A stretch of DNA of 64,000 nucleotides from Desulfomonilia bacterium (GCA_050014195.1 JBEKDT010000004.1:128001-192000), one strand, 5' to 3'; positions 41,313 to 51,583 are shown, numbered from the stretch's first letter. Numbers and translations are program-made. The notes: a model not told the origin generated them from the letters alone.

Positions 41313-42728
41313 ATGCAAGATGATCTTCGTGAGCTGTTTTTTCCCGGGTCAATAGCGCTTGTCGGCATCCCGAGAGGGCTCAAGAGCGGCAAGGTGTTTC
41401 TGCTGGGGCTCCTCGATCAGGGTTTTGCCGGGCCGATATATCTCATTCACCCTACAGCCGCCGATATCGATGGCTATAAGGCATACCCAAGCCTGCTCAA
41501 TGTGCCGGGTCCTGTGGACATGGCTATTGTAATGTCTCCGAAAGAGACGATCTTAGCGGTGCTGGCCGAATGTTCCCAAAAGAAGGTGAAGGCGGTGATT
41601 CTCTACACGTCGGGCTTTTCCGAGCTGGACAGTGAGAGGGGGCGGTCCGATGAAGCACGCATGAAAAACCTCGCTCGCGATGGGGGCTTTCGCATCCTGG
41701 GGCCCAACTGCATGGGTATATATTCCCCGGGCTCGCACCTTGCTCCCTTTCCGGGGATGCCCAAGACCATGGGAGACCTCGGGTTTCTCAGCCAGAGCGG
41801 GTCGCTGGTGAATTTCTTTGTGAATCTGTGCTCCGGGAAAGGCATGTTTTTCAGCCATGTGGTCAGTTATGGCAACAGTGCGGATGTGGGCCTCTCAGAC
41901 CTCATCGAGTGGATGGCCAGGGATGATCATACCCGCCTCATCTGCTCCTATTGCGAAGGGATGCAGGACCCGCGGCGGCTCATTGCCGTACTGAAGGAAG
42001 CCACATCAAGAAAGCCTTTGATCATGTGGAAGGTGGGCCTTACCGAGGCAGGCTCCCGGGCAGCGGCATCGCACACCGGTTCGCTGACAGGCCGGAAAGA
42101 TCTGTGGACGAGCATGTTCCGGCAGTTTCACATCCTTGATGTGTATGACATCGAAGAGATGCTCGATCTGGTCATGGCCTTTTACCACCTGAGGCCGCGA
42201 GTTAAAGGAAGGGTGGTCATCGTGTCCGGACCCGGCGGTCCTGCGGTGTCTGCAGCAGATGCCGCTGAAAGGAACGGGCTTACTATGGCCTCACTTGGGG
42301 AAGATGCTGTCCGCAAACTCAAGTCCATGCTCCCGCCCACCGGGACATCCCCGGCCAACCCTATCGATGTGGGGCTGAGTGCATCATTCGACCTCAGGCT
42401 CTACCAGGAGGCCCTCGACATCATCCTGGACGACCCGGGTGTTGATGCAATAGTGATGCTCGGTGGCGGCGCCTCAACCGAGATGAGCGCTGAATATATT
42501 CAGGGACTCATCGCATCAAAGGAGCGCTCTGACAAGCATGTGTTGGCCATCGCCTACCCCGGTTTCGTCCAGATCGATCAGGAAGATCTGCTCAAGCCTT
42601 TGCACGAGCACGGCATCCCGGTGTACCCGACCCCGGAGCGTGCACTGAAGGCATACGCCAGGATGATCGACTATTATCAGTACCAGGCCGGAAGCGAAAA
42701 AGAGACAAATTTATTTTTAAAGAGGTAA
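41313..42728 (+). CDS. Acetate/acyl-CoA ligase (ADP-forming) alpha-type subunit
   Basis: GPNCMG, SQSGS, SHTGSL, NPID; start ATG 41313 after GGAGG. Confidence 0.88.
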   Translation: MQDDLRELFFPGSIALVGIPRGLKSGKVFLLGLLDQGFAGPIYLIHPTAADIDGYKAYPSLLNVPGPVDMAIVMSPKETILAVLAECSQKKVKAVILYTSGFSELDSERGRSDEARMKNLARDGGFRILGPNCMGIYSPGSHLAPFPGMPKTMGDLGFLSQSGSLVNFFVNLCSGKGMFFSHVVSYGNSADVGLSDLIEWMARDDHTRLICSYCEGMQDPRRLIAVLKEATSRKPLIMWKVGLTEAGSRAAASHTGSLTGRKDLWTSMFRQFHILDVYDIEEMLDLVMAFYHLRPRVKGRVVIVSGPGGPAVSAADAAERNGLTMASLGEDAVRKLKSMLPPTGTSPANPIDVGLSASFDLRLYQEALDIILDDPGVDAIVMLGGGASTEMSAEYIQGLIASKERSDKHVLAIAYPGFVQIDQEDLLKPLHEHGIPVYPTPERALKAYARMIDYYQYQAGSEKETNLFLKR

Positions 42729-42899
42729 GTGCAAGACTAAAAAACTATAAGCCTGGTAACTACTTACGCGGGTATACACTCCAGCAGAAATGACACCCTG
42801 TTGCTTTTTACGACTATCGCATTAATAATATAGAATCCCAAAAAAATAATCTCAAAAAGCTGCTCCTGAGACCAAGAACCAAACCGAGGAGGACAAAAG

Positions 42900-43415
42900 A
42901 TGAAAATACTTTGCCTATTCCTTACTTTGGCAGTACTCATGATGGCCCAGACCCAGATCGCTTATTCCGGATCTTCTATGAAGGCATCCAGCACTGCAGA
43001 ACTGATCATACACCTGCAGCCGCACCTTGACCCTGAAATAGCCGCCATCCATGCAAAGTACATTGATAAATATGCAAGCAAATGGAATGTGGACCGGCTG
43101 AAGGTGATCAGCATAGCCCACCAGGAATCGCAGTTCAGGGCCGATGCACAGAGTTCCGTTGGCTGTATCGGCGCAATGCAGGTGAATCCGAAGACTCACC
43201 AGGACAAGCTGAAGAGGAGGGGGATCACCTGGCATGACCTGTATTTCTTAAGGAACAACTATGATATCGGCTCGGAGATATTGCATGACTGCCTGAAGTC
43301 GTCACGAAACTTTGATGAGGCCCTGAACAAGTACAGCGGGGGGAGCAAAAAATACACGAGTGAGGTAAAAAAGATCTACGGAATGCTCTATCGATGGAGG
43401 TTCATGACAAGCTGA
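42900..43415 (+). CDS. Secreted SLT-domain lytic transglycosylase
   Basis: Signal peptide; QESQF catalytic Glu, GAMQV, ALNKYSGG. Confidence 0.85.
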   Translation: MKILCLFLTLAVLMMAQTQIAYSGSSMKASSTAELIIHLQPHLDPEIAAIHAKYIDKYASKWNVDRLKVISIAHQESQFRADAQSSVGCIGAMQVNPKTHQDKLKRRGITWHDLYFLRNNYDIGSEILHDCLKSSRNFDEALNKYSGGSKKYTSEVKKIYGMLYRWRFMTS

Positions 43416-43440
43416 TTTTCCGCGGATAAACAGATGGAAA

Positions 43441-43490
43441 CAGATGGGGTCAGGGTCGATTTATGAAAAATCGTCTCTGACCCTAAAATT
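43441..43490. repeat. REP-like palindrome family C between convergent genes
   Basis: ggggtcagggtcgatttatgaaaaatcgtctctgaccc. Confidence 0.8.
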
Positions 43491-43519
43491 TAGAAATTTA
43501 GGGTGTTTTCCCGCTACGG

Positions 43520-44263
43520 TTATCTGAGAACGGGCCTGATGTCGTGGATGTCAAGGCTCACCAGGGTCGGCCAGGGAAGAGGCCTGCTGCCGATGAGGAG
43601 CGGATATACCCGCCTTTTGACCGGCGCCTTGATACCGCCGAAGTCCTTGTAGTCGTCGCATAGGTGCGCTGCATGCGCCCAGGGGCCGACGACCCGGGCG
43701 GTATAATCCAGCCGCCTCAGATACCGGTGTTCATCGAAATAAAAGATCTGGGTCTGGCTATGGGTGGGGATGTCTCGCGGAAACTTCACCTTCAGGCGCG
43801 ACCACGATGCATGTGCAACTCTGAAGGGTTCAAGCATTTCGAACTCAAAGCCTTTGTGCAGAAAGAGAAACGGTGCGGTCAGGTAGTTCCACGTGGCATA
43901 GCCGCCGAAATAGATGAAATCAAGGTCATCCCATGCAAACTGGCGGCTTATCTTGGTGAATGCAGCCCTGGGATTATTCCTCGTTGCAACGAGATTTCCT
44001 TGGGGGTCTCTGATGTTCACCTCCTCATTCCCTATGAGTTCGCTGGTGAACCCCTCGCGGGGAAAATCGAAGAAGATGAACCTGGGCTCATGGGCAAAGG
44101 CCCGCATGCGCACGCGGTGAAGAGCCGGCCTTCGCTTTGCCTTGAACAGGAAGCCTGATACAGTGATCACGGCATCGAGCGCATCGAGGCTGTTCCACAA
44201 GGCCTCGCCGCCATGCACATCTATCACTTCCCGAATCAACCGTTCAGGGTCATAGTTATTCAT
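43520..44263 (-). CDS. Hypothetical protein
   Basis: 247 aa ORF with RBS; HGG..W, WDDLDFIYFGGYATWNYL, RRLDY; no function recognised. Confidence 0.75.
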   Translation of the reverse strand: MNNYDPERLIREVIDVHGGEALWNSLDALDAVITVSGFLFKAKRRPALHRVRMRAFAHEPRFIFFDFPREGFTSELIGNEEVNIRDPQGNLVATRNNPRAAFTKISRQFAWDDLDFIYFGGYATWNYLTAPFLFLHKGFEFEMLEPFRVAHASWSRLKVKFPRDIPTHSQTQIFYFDEHRYLRRLDYTARVVGPWAHAAHLCDDYKDFGGIKAPVKRRVYPLLIGSRPLPWPTLVSLDIHDIRPVLR

Positions 44264-44405
44264 GGCTATTATCCTTTCTCTCCATGTAGTAAGGCCACAG
44301 AGTCCGGAATCAATACCTGGGGTACTCCTGGGGCACCTTGTTTGATTCAGGATTCGAAGTTTTCGCGGGGAATGAGGTTAATCTGTAGATTTTGAAACAC
44401 TCCAC

Positions 44406-44448
44406 CTCCCCCTCATCGCAGTCCTTCTCACGCAAGGGGAGAAGGGAC
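44406..44448. repeat. CCCTCTCCC-type palindromic element (intergenic)
   Basis: ctccccctcatcgcagtccttctcacgcaaggggagaagggac. Confidence 0.7.
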
Positions 44449-44510
44449 CCGTTTTTGTCATTTCGAACTTCAGTGAGAAATCTTGGTTTTAAGATCTCTC
44501 ACCACTGCAT

Positions 44511-46055
44511 CTAGTGGATCGGCAGGGTGGAGACCCCTTCTTTCGGCCGTTTCAGGAAAAAGACGAACGGCAATGCGCAGATCACAAAGATTGCAGAGAC
44601 AAAAAACGTATCCACGAAAGAAGCCAGGGCCGCCTCTCTCACGAGCTGCTGGTAAACAACACCGTGAACGGTAAGGTCGGATGCAGCACCGGTCTTTACC
44701 TGTATAAGCGGCATGATTTTCTGCACTGCCAATCGAAAGCGGGGATCAAAGGGATTGAGGACCTCGGAAAGGCGGGACTGGTGGAACTGGGTCCGTCTGG
44801 AAAAGAGCGTTATCATGAGTGCAGCCCCGGAACTGAGCGAGATGTTTCTCATCAGGGCGAATACGCTGGTGGCATTCCCTATGTCCTCATTTTCAATAGA
44901 TGCAAAGGACAGGCTTAAGAGCGGAACCACAAGCATGCCCATGCCTAAGCCCATGACGACCCTCGTCCACGCGACGGTTTCATAATCAATGTAGAGGTTG
45001 ATGCTGAGCAGCATATACATGGAGTAGGCCGCGACACAGATGCCGGCAAAGAGAATCAGCTTGGGATTGACCTTTTCGACCAGCTTCCCCACCACGGCCA
45101 TTGCCACGAGCATGCCGATCCCGCCAGGCATCAGGGCTAACCCGGCGTGCAGTGCATTATAGCCCATGAGCTGCTGTAGGAACAGCGGCAGCATGATGAG
45201 GCTTCCCATGAACATGCTGAATGCACATGCCTGGATAATGATCCCTGCAGTGAACGAACGATCCCTGAATACCCTTAAGTTCACTATGGGGTCACGTGCC
45301 TTGAACTCGACTATGACAAAGAGAACCAGGGAGACGACGGTTAGTATCGTAAGCGTTGTGATAAGGTACGATGAGAACCAGTCCTCGCGCTGGCCGTGGT
45401 CGAGGACGACCTGCAGGCAGCCTATCCCGACAACGATAAGGGCAATGCCCCAGTAATCGATCTTTTCTTTTATGCTAGTGAGTTTTTTCAGATAGGGCGG
45501 GTCCTGTATGAACAGGTTCATCAAGAAGATGGAGAGGACACCGATGGGGATGTTTATATAGAATATCCACGGCCACGACCAGTTGTCGGTGATCCAGCCG
45601 CCCAGGACCGGTCCTGCGATGGGGCCGACCATCACACCGATGCCGAATACCGCCATGGCTATCCCGTATTCGGCAGGGGGAAATGCCTCGAGCAGTATCG
45701 CCTGTGAAAGGGGCTGCAGACCGCCGCCCGCTATTCCCTGAAGAACCCTGAAAAACACCAGGGCCTCGATACTCTTTGAACTCCCGCACAGAAAGGAGCT
45801 GATCGTAAAGAGGATGACCGATGCCGTCAGATAGCGTTTCCTGCCGATAAGCCGGCTCAGCCAGCCGGTCAAAGGGATGATGACGGCGTTGGCCACGAGA
45901 TACGCGGTGATGGACCAGGTGGCCTCATCCACCCCTGCGGACAGGCTGCCGCGGATATGGTCAAGGGCAACGTTTACGACGGAGATGTCCAGAACTTCCA
46001 GAAGGGTTGGAAGTATGACCGTCAGTGCGACAATCCACTTATTTACCGGATTCAT
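44511..46055 (-). CDS. DHA2/EmrB-family MFS efflux permease
   Basis: LDISVVNVAL, WSITAYL, FRVLQG, GPVLGGWITDN, WIFYINIPIG. Confidence 0.93.
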   Translation of the reverse strand: MNPVNKWIVALTVILPTLLEVLDISVVNVALDHIRGSLSAGVDEATWSITAYLVANAVIIPLTGWLSRLIGRKRYLTASVILFTISSFLCGSSKSIEALVFFRVLQGIAGGGLQPLSQAILLEAFPPAEYGIAMAVFGIGVMVGPIAGPVLGGWITDNWSWPWIFYINIPIGVLSIFLMNLFIQDPPYLKKLTSIKEKIDYWGIALIVVGIGCLQVVLDHGQREDWFSSYLITTLTILTVVSLVLFVIVEFKARDPIVNLRVFRDRSFTAGIIIQACAFSMFMGSLIMLPLFLQQLMGYNALHAGLALMPGGIGMLVAMAVVGKLVEKVNPKLILFAGICVAAYSMYMLLSINLYIDYETVAWTRVVMGLGMGMLVVPLLSLSFASIENEDIGNATSVFALMRNISLSSGAALMITLFSRRTQFHQSRLSEVLNPFDPRFRLAVQKIMPLIQVKTGAASDLTVHGVVYQQLVREAALASFVDTFFVSAIFVICALPFVFFLKRPKEGVSTLPIH

Positions 46056-46920
46056 TTTGAGTGAAGATGGTGGGGATGCACGACATGCCTATATGCATTT
46101 TGTGTTTGTCACACGTCCCGTTGTCGAAAACGATCTTGACCGGAATCCGCTGGACGACCTTCACATAATTGCCGAGGGCGTTCTCGGGGGGAAAGAGAGA
46201 AAACGCCGAGCCGGTCCCTGCCATGATGCTTTCCACCTTCCCGGTGAAAATACTACCCGGATAGGTATCCACCTTAATCTCTGCACGCTGGCCCACTTTT
46301 ACATTCTTTAACTGTGTCTCCTTATAATTCGCGGTCACCCACACATCACCCATGTCTACCACTGCCATGAGCGGCTGGCCCGCTTGTATCTGATTGCCTG
46401 ATTCAACCGATTTCTTCGTTACATAGCCGTCGGAGGGGGCATATACTTTTGTATATTCCAGGTTGTGCCTGGCGATCTTCAGCTGTGCCTCGGCCGCATT
46501 CACTTGGGCTTTTGCCAGATTATAGGCAGTGCAGGCATTTTCATAGCGCTCTTTGGGTAGAATCTCCTTCAGGTATAAGGCCTCTGCCCGCACCCTGTCG
46601 CGTGAAGCCTGCTCCAGAAGGGCCTTCTTCACATCAAGGCCTGCCTGGGCATCGTTTACCTTCAGCTCATAATCCACAGGGTCGATCTCGAAGAGAAGCT
46701 CTCCCTTTTTCACACCCTGGTTATCATCGACATGCACCTCTTTGACCGTGCCGCCGACCTTGGCGGCAATGGTGTAGAACCTGCCATCCACATACGCATC
46801 GTCCGTGGTGACCCGGCTGAGACCCTTGATTACGTACAGGGCGAGAAATATGACGGCCGTTATTGCAACGACACCGGCCAGACACATGAATACCTTCTTT
46901 TTATTGTTCTTAAGGTTCAT
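46039..46920 (-). CDS. EmrA/HlyD-family periplasmic adaptor
   Basis: TDDAYV, ANYKETQL, FSLFPPENALGNYVKVVQRIPVKI. Confidence 0.93.
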   Translation of the reverse strand: MNLKNNKKKVFMCLAGVVAITAVIFLALYVIKGLSRVTTDDAYVDGRFYTIAAKVGGTVKEVHVDDNQGVKKGELLFEIDPVDYELKVNDAQAGLDVKKALLEQASRDRVRAEALYLKEILPKERYENACTAYNLAKAQVNAAEAQLKIARHNLEYTKVYAPSDGYVTKKSVESGNQIQAGQPLMAVVDMGDVWVTANYKETQLKNVKVGQRAEIKVDTYPGSIFTGKVESIMAGTGSAFSLFPPENALGNYVKVVQRIPVKIVFDNGTCDKHKMHIGMSCIPTIFTQNESGK

Positions 46921-47584
46921 TTTTTACCACCGTTCTCTTTTTCAGTTTTTTCTTTTCATCCGGATATATGATGATGTTTTCGAAGGTAATCTGCATGATC
47001 GTCTCGACGTTCTTTGCATACGGATGCCTCACCGGGTCTTCGAGCCAGAGGAAGAGGAACGCGTTTGTCAGGCTGTCAACGGCGACGGCAAGATAGTACG
47101 GCTCCATCAGTTGTCTGAACAGCCCTCTTTTAATCCCGCTCTCAAACACGTCGGCGAGCTTTTGAAGGAAATCTTCATAGATGGCGCGGAGCTCAACATC
47201 GAGGCCGGACTTGATGTCGAAGCTGGATTTGCGCGTCTCTGCGAAATAGAGCCTCAGCAAGGACCTGTTGTTCTCAAAAATCCTTCCCTTGGCCGATACA
47301 TAGGCGCGGATCCGCTCCACCTCGTCTCCCGGGCTGTCAAGAGCCTTTATCAGCTCACGGTGAAACTCATGGACGTAATCGCTGACCAGCGCGCTGTACA
47401 GGTCTTCCTTGTCCTTAAAGAAATTATAGAGTGAACCGATGGAGAACCCCGATTCCTCGGCTATCGTGTGCATGGAGACATTGTGGTATCCGTAGGCTGA
47501 AAAAAGCTCCAGGGCTGTCTTAAGAATCAGAGTGCGATTATACGATCTCAGGTGTGCACGCCTGGATACTGCCTTGAGATGCAT
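46910..47584 (-). CDS. TetR/AcrR regulator of the efflux operon
   Basis: ALELFSAYGY..IAEESGFSIGSLYNFFKDKEDLY; start uncertain (47584 chosen). Confidence 0.88.
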   Translation of the reverse strand: MHLKAVSRRAHLRSYNRTLILKTALELFSAYGYHNVSMHTIAEESGFSIGSLYNFFKDKEDLYSALVSDYVHEFHRELIKALDSPGDEVERIRAYVSAKGRIFENNRSLLRLYFAETRKSSFDIKSGLDVELRAIYEDFLQKLADVFESGIKRGLFRQLMEPYYLAVAVDSLTNAFLFLWLEDPVRHPYAKNVETIMQITFENIIIYPDEKKKLKKRTVVKNEP

Positions 47585-47631
47585 AGAAACCCCTTCTTCA
47601 AATACAAGCAAAAATAAAATCCATTAATTGA

Positions 47632-47664
47632 TGAACATCATGTCATTGTATGAACATAGTGTCA
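47632..47664. promoter_or_regulatory. Tandem candidate operator sites
   Basis: TGAACATCATGTCA and TGAACATAGTGTCA upstream of the TetR gene. Confidence 0.45.
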
Positions 47665-47999
47665 ATATTTATAATTATATTCTATTGTATCTCGAGATGA
47701 CATCATTGACAATTGAATTCCAAATAAATTTGGAGAGATTATCAATCTTTAAGGTTCCTGACAAACCCCGGACCCACAACTGTTGTTTATTTTCCTGTGA
47801 ACTTACCTTTTTGTGGCATTTTTATGGAACGTTATATCCCTTAACAAGGTTTCATGAGATAAATTGAAATACATCTATCTATATATTTTAACAGGCGTTT
47901 CAGGTGATATGTCTGTTGTTGATGAGGCATATTCCCACCCTGGCACGTTTATTGAATAATAATCAAATGTTGCGGATGAAGTCGAATGGGAGATACGAC

Positions 48000-48233
48000 A
48001 TGAAAGAAGCTCATAGAGTGGCTCTTTACGGACATGGCCTCTGCAGGTCAAAATTTTTCACAGAGATCGATGATACGATTGCCCATCAGTACAAGGGGAA
48101 GTGCCCGAATCCCAGTTGTAATCGCCGGGTGGCACTCTTCCCTGAAAAACTCTTCACATCGACCGACAAGGCAAGGAGGGAATACATCAAAAAGGCTAGG
48201 GATGAACGCAGCTCCATCTATTGGCAGAAGTGA
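48000..48233 (+). CDS. Small hypothetical protein, HxxC/CPNPSC putative Zn ribbon (paralog 2)
   Basis: ATG 48000 after GGGAG; aligns end to end with 28320-28556. Confidence 0.85.
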   Translation: MKEAHRVALYGHGLCRSKFFTEIDDTIAHQYKGKCPNPSCNRRVALFPEKLFTSTDKARREYIKKARDERSSIYWQK

Positions 48234-48286
48234 GTCATTGAATCATATCGCTCTTCCTGGGCTCTGCCAGTAAGTATTTTTTATTG

Positions 48287-49087
48287 TCACTTTTCCAGTA
48301 ACGAACGCACCAGATTGTACGTGGAGAACTGGTTATTTGTGAGCTGGGCAAAGGGGTGTTCACCCCCGAATTCCTGCTGCATGATCTCCTCAACAGTCAT
48401 ACCTGAGCGATAGAGCCTTTGAACCTTTGCTGCAAGGTCCGTGAGGTAGCTGATGCACTGCCCCAGGGCCTTTCTCCCGTCCTGAACGATCTTTCCCACT
48501 GCGGTGAACAGGACGAGCCGTTCGGTTGGAAGCTCGATGACCTTGCGCATGGACTCTATAAGCTGCCCGATATTCTCCTCGGGCCTGATAAACTTCGGAT
48601 TTTCTCTGGCAAAGAGGTCGCCCGTGAAGCACCATCCCTCTGAGGGCTCAAGTAGGCAGATGTGACCCGCACAGTGGCCAGGGGTCTCCACGACCCGGAA
48701 GGCGTAGTGATCCGTGTTCATGATATCAGGGATGGGTTTTATCGTGGTGGGCACCGGGTAGCCCCAGGCGATCTCCTGGTAGGGATAGAGATCGAACCTA
48801 TGAGCGATCAGGGGGATGGATACCGGGTGTGCATAGATATCCACACCGAAGCGCACCATGATGTCATGATTCCCGCCCATATGGTCTTCATGATAGTGGG
48901 TGTTGACCACCTGATCGAGTCCTTTCCCTTCCAGGAAAGAAGCGAGTTCCTGCGAGGTATGGCTGCACCCGGTGTCTATGAGGAGCCCGTCCACCAGGTG
49001 GGCCGCCACCCAGTAGACAGGCTTTCCGTCGAGTTCCCTGCTCATGCGTATCTGGGTTACCTGCTCAAATTCTGCTGTCTCTATCAC
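48287..49087 (-). CDS. Metallo-beta-lactamase fold hydrolase
   Basis: LIDTG, THYHEDHMGG, TPGHCAGH, FTGD. Confidence 0.9.
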   Translation of the reverse strand: MIETAEFEQVTQIRMSRELDGKPVYWVAAHLVDGLLIDTGCSHTSQELASFLEGKGLDQVVNTHYHEDHMGGNHDIMVRFGVDIYAHPVSIPLIAHRFDLYPYQEIAWGYPVPTTIKPIPDIMNTDHYAFRVVETPGHCAGHICLLEPSEGWCFTGDLFARENPKFIRPEENIGQLIESMRKVIELPTERLVLFTAVGKIVQDGRKALGQCISYLTDLAAKVQRLYRSGMTVEEIMQQEFGGEHPFAQLTNNQFSTYNLVRSLLEK

Positions 49088-49130
49088 TGCTTCTCCTCTG
49101 ATTATGGGTGTCTTTCATTGCTTTTCCTAT

Positions 49131-49148
49131 TAGTTTTGTACCCAACCA
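49131..49148. promoter_or_regulatory. Candidate MarR box upstream of the MBL gene
   Basis: TAGTTTTGTACCCAACCA resembles the reverse complement of 49603-49620. Confidence 0.5.
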
Positions 49149-49171
49149 TAAGGGATGAACAAATGTCCTTG

Positions 49172-49600
49172 CTAAAGGTTCTTGTAAACCTTCTCTATGA
49201 GCCTGAACAACGTCTGCTTCTCTTCCTCGCTGAACCCCTCGAACAGCTTTGTATTCATCTTTTTCGATATCTGAAACAGGACAGGCCTGAGCTTCTTTGC
49301 CTTGGCAGTCAGGGTCAGGTACGTGTAGCGTCCGTCGCTCACATCCTTTTCCTTCATGATATAGCCGCCTGACTCCAGTTTGTTGATGACCGAAGAAATC
49401 GTCGACTTGTCCTTGATGGTATGTTTTGCAACCTCCTGCAGGGTGACGGTACCCTTCCGGTCAAGGACAAAGAGGATATCCCCGTAGGAAGGCGCAATGC
49501 CGTCTATTTTTTTCTTCGAGAGTTCCTTGCTTAGAAACTTGAAGAGCCGCTGGCGGATGTTAGTGATGATGTAAAGGAAGTTGGTGTCACTAATCTCCAT
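49172..49600 (-). CDS. MarR-family regulator
   Basis: DKSTISSVINKLESGGYI, DGRYTYLTLT. Confidence 0.92.
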   Translation of the reverse strand: MEISDTNFLYIITNIRQRLFKFLSKELSKKKIDGIAPSYGDILFVLDRKGTVTLQEVAKHTIKDKSTISSVINKLESGGYIMKEKDVSDGRYTYLTLTAKAKKLRPVLFQISKKMNTKLFEGFSEEEKQTLFRLIEKVYKNL

Positions 49601-49602
49601 AA

Positions 49603-49637
49603 TGGTTTTGTATAAAACTAATTTGGCCCGGTGTCAA
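49603..49637 (-). promoter_or_regulatory. marR-like promoter with overlapping dyad
   Basis: Minus strand TTGACA-17 nt-TATACA, ending 8 nt before the ATG; dyad TAGTTTTATACAAAACCA. Confidence 0.5.
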
Positions 49638-49973
49638 TTCTCCATTCCCTGACCTTTGCCGCACAGGCACCTCGATGTACCTTCCGGGGACTTCAATCTA
49701 ATGTTAAATCAAGGATTTTAAAAAACACGTCTCACCGCGAAGATAACTTTATGACACGAAGGAGGAAATTCTTTTGAACTCTCAAACCCTAGTCATTGGC
49801 CGTGCCATCGAGGTACATCGTATTCGTGGCCCTCTCATTGCTGGAATAGACTTTTAAGCCCCGGCAACCTCTCTTACCCCCTACATGACTGATTCTTAAT
49901 GTCATATCATATAATAGGCTCTTGAACAGTTCCCGAGCATGGTATAGGAAGGTGCAGAAATAACAGTCTCTCC

Positions 49974-51482
49974 ATGATGAATAGAGGGATATACTTACCA
50001 GGATCTATGGCACATATCGACACTATTTTCCTCGACCATGCCGCCACAACCCCGGTACACCCGGAGGTGCTGGGTTTGATGCTGCCCTATTTCGGCAATT
50101 ACTTCGGCACGCCGTCGAACCCGTTTGGCTTCGGCGATGCCCCGAGGGAGGCCCTTGATAAGGCCCGTTTTCGCGTCGCTCAGCTCATCGGCGCACAAGG
50201 GCATGAAATCATCTTCACCTCTTCGGGCACCGAGGCCAATAACCTGGCCATCCTGGGGGTTGCCTCCGCACGAAGAGGGTTGAAAAATCATATCATCACA
50301 AGCACCATCGAGCATGCCTCGGTGCTGAATACCATACATCATCTCACAGGGACCGGTCTCGAGGTGACGGAAATCGGGGTAGATGCACAGGGGGTCGTCG
50401 ATCCTGCCTCCGTTCAAGCGGCCATTAAGGATGACACCATACTCATCAGCATCATGCATGCAAGCAATGAGACCGGATCAATCCAGCCTGTCAGGGAAAT
50501 CGGGCACATTGCCAAAGACAAAGGTATCACATTCCACTGTGATTGCATCCAGAGCGCGGGCAGGATCGAAGTCGATGTGAACACTCTGAATGCGGACCTG
50601 CTCAGTATCTCCTCTCATAAGCTCTACGGCCCCAAGGGTGTAGGGGCATTGTATGTGAGGGAGGGTACGGCCATCTCCCCCATCATCTTCGGGTCGGATC
50701 AGGAAAGAGGCCTGAGACCGGGCACCCAAAATATACCCGGTATTGTCGGATTCGGCATGGCCTGCGAGAAGGCACGAATAGATCTGGATAAGAATGCCCG
50801 GCACATCGTACATTTAAGGGATATGTTTGAGAAGGCGCTCCATGAGAGGTTACCGGGCGTCCGGATCAATGATAAAGATGCACTGCGCCTCCCCCACATA
50901 TCGAGCATTTCCTTTGAAGGAGTTCAGGCCGATGCCCTGGCTGCCTGGCTCGACCTGATGGGTATCACGGTCTCCGCCAGGACACTATTCTACTCGAAGA
51001 GGTCGTCTCATGCGCTCTCGGCGCTCCATATCCCCCCTGACCTGGCCTCTGGTACCATCCGGTTCAGTCTGGGCTGGGAAAACACCGTATTAGAGATCGA
51101 AAGGGTAGTTAACACCGTTCAGCAAACCGTCATCCGCCTGAGGGAGTTTGTAGGGGGTTTGGACAATGATGAATCCTGCATCGTGACCTTTGCAGCCGGA
51201 GATGATTTGGCTCACGCCCTTCGATCTCTGGAAAATGAAGGCATCCCCTGTATAGTCACTGCACGGCCGGTAGAGTTCGCACATCTGACAGGGACTCGGA
51301 CAGCGCTGGCCATACCCTGCTCAATGCAGGACGAAGCAGGCAGACTCCTGGGCTCACAAGGCATCAGCATCACCGGTATGCACCGCATCAAGGGCCTCTG
51401 CAGGCTCAGGGCTGAGAAAGAAGAGCAGTTCTGGAAAACTCTTGGCCGGATCAAAGAAGGGAAGAAACCGAATAAATGCTGA
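49974..51482 (+). CDS. NifS/IscS-like class V PLP protein lacking the catalytic Cys, with C-terminal extension
   Basis: FLDHAATTP, FTSSGTEANN, SSHKLYGPKG, RPGTQN; expected SSGSAC reads VSARTLFY; start may be 50007. Confidence 0.85.
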   Translation: MMNRGIYLPGSMAHIDTIFLDHAATTPVHPEVLGLMLPYFGNYFGTPSNPFGFGDAPREALDKARFRVAQLIGAQGHEIIFTSSGTEANNLAILGVASARRGLKNHIITSTIEHASVLNTIHHLTGTGLEVTEIGVDAQGVVDPASVQAAIKDDTILISIMHASNETGSIQPVREIGHIAKDKGITFHCDCIQSAGRIEVDVNTLNADLLSISSHKLYGPKGVGALYVREGTAISPIIFGSDQERGLRPGTQNIPGIVGFGMACEKARIDLDKNARHIVHLRDMFEKALHERLPGVRINDKDALRLPHISSISFEGVQADALAAWLDLMGITVSARTLFYSKRSSHALSALHIPPDLASGTIRFSLGWENTVLEIERVVNTVQQTVIRLREFVGGLDNDESCIVTFAAGDDLAHALRSLENEGIPCIVTARPVEFAHLTGTRTALAIPCSMQDEAGRLLGSQGISITGMHRIKGLCRLRAEKEEQFWKTLGRIKEGKKPNKC

Positions 51483-51583
51483 TGGTCGACCATACGCATC
51501 CCTTGGCATTTCCGTTCTTGGTCCGAAGTCCGGCTCGGAACTGGTAACGATCCCAAAAAGGAAAGAGGGTAATACAAAGCATT

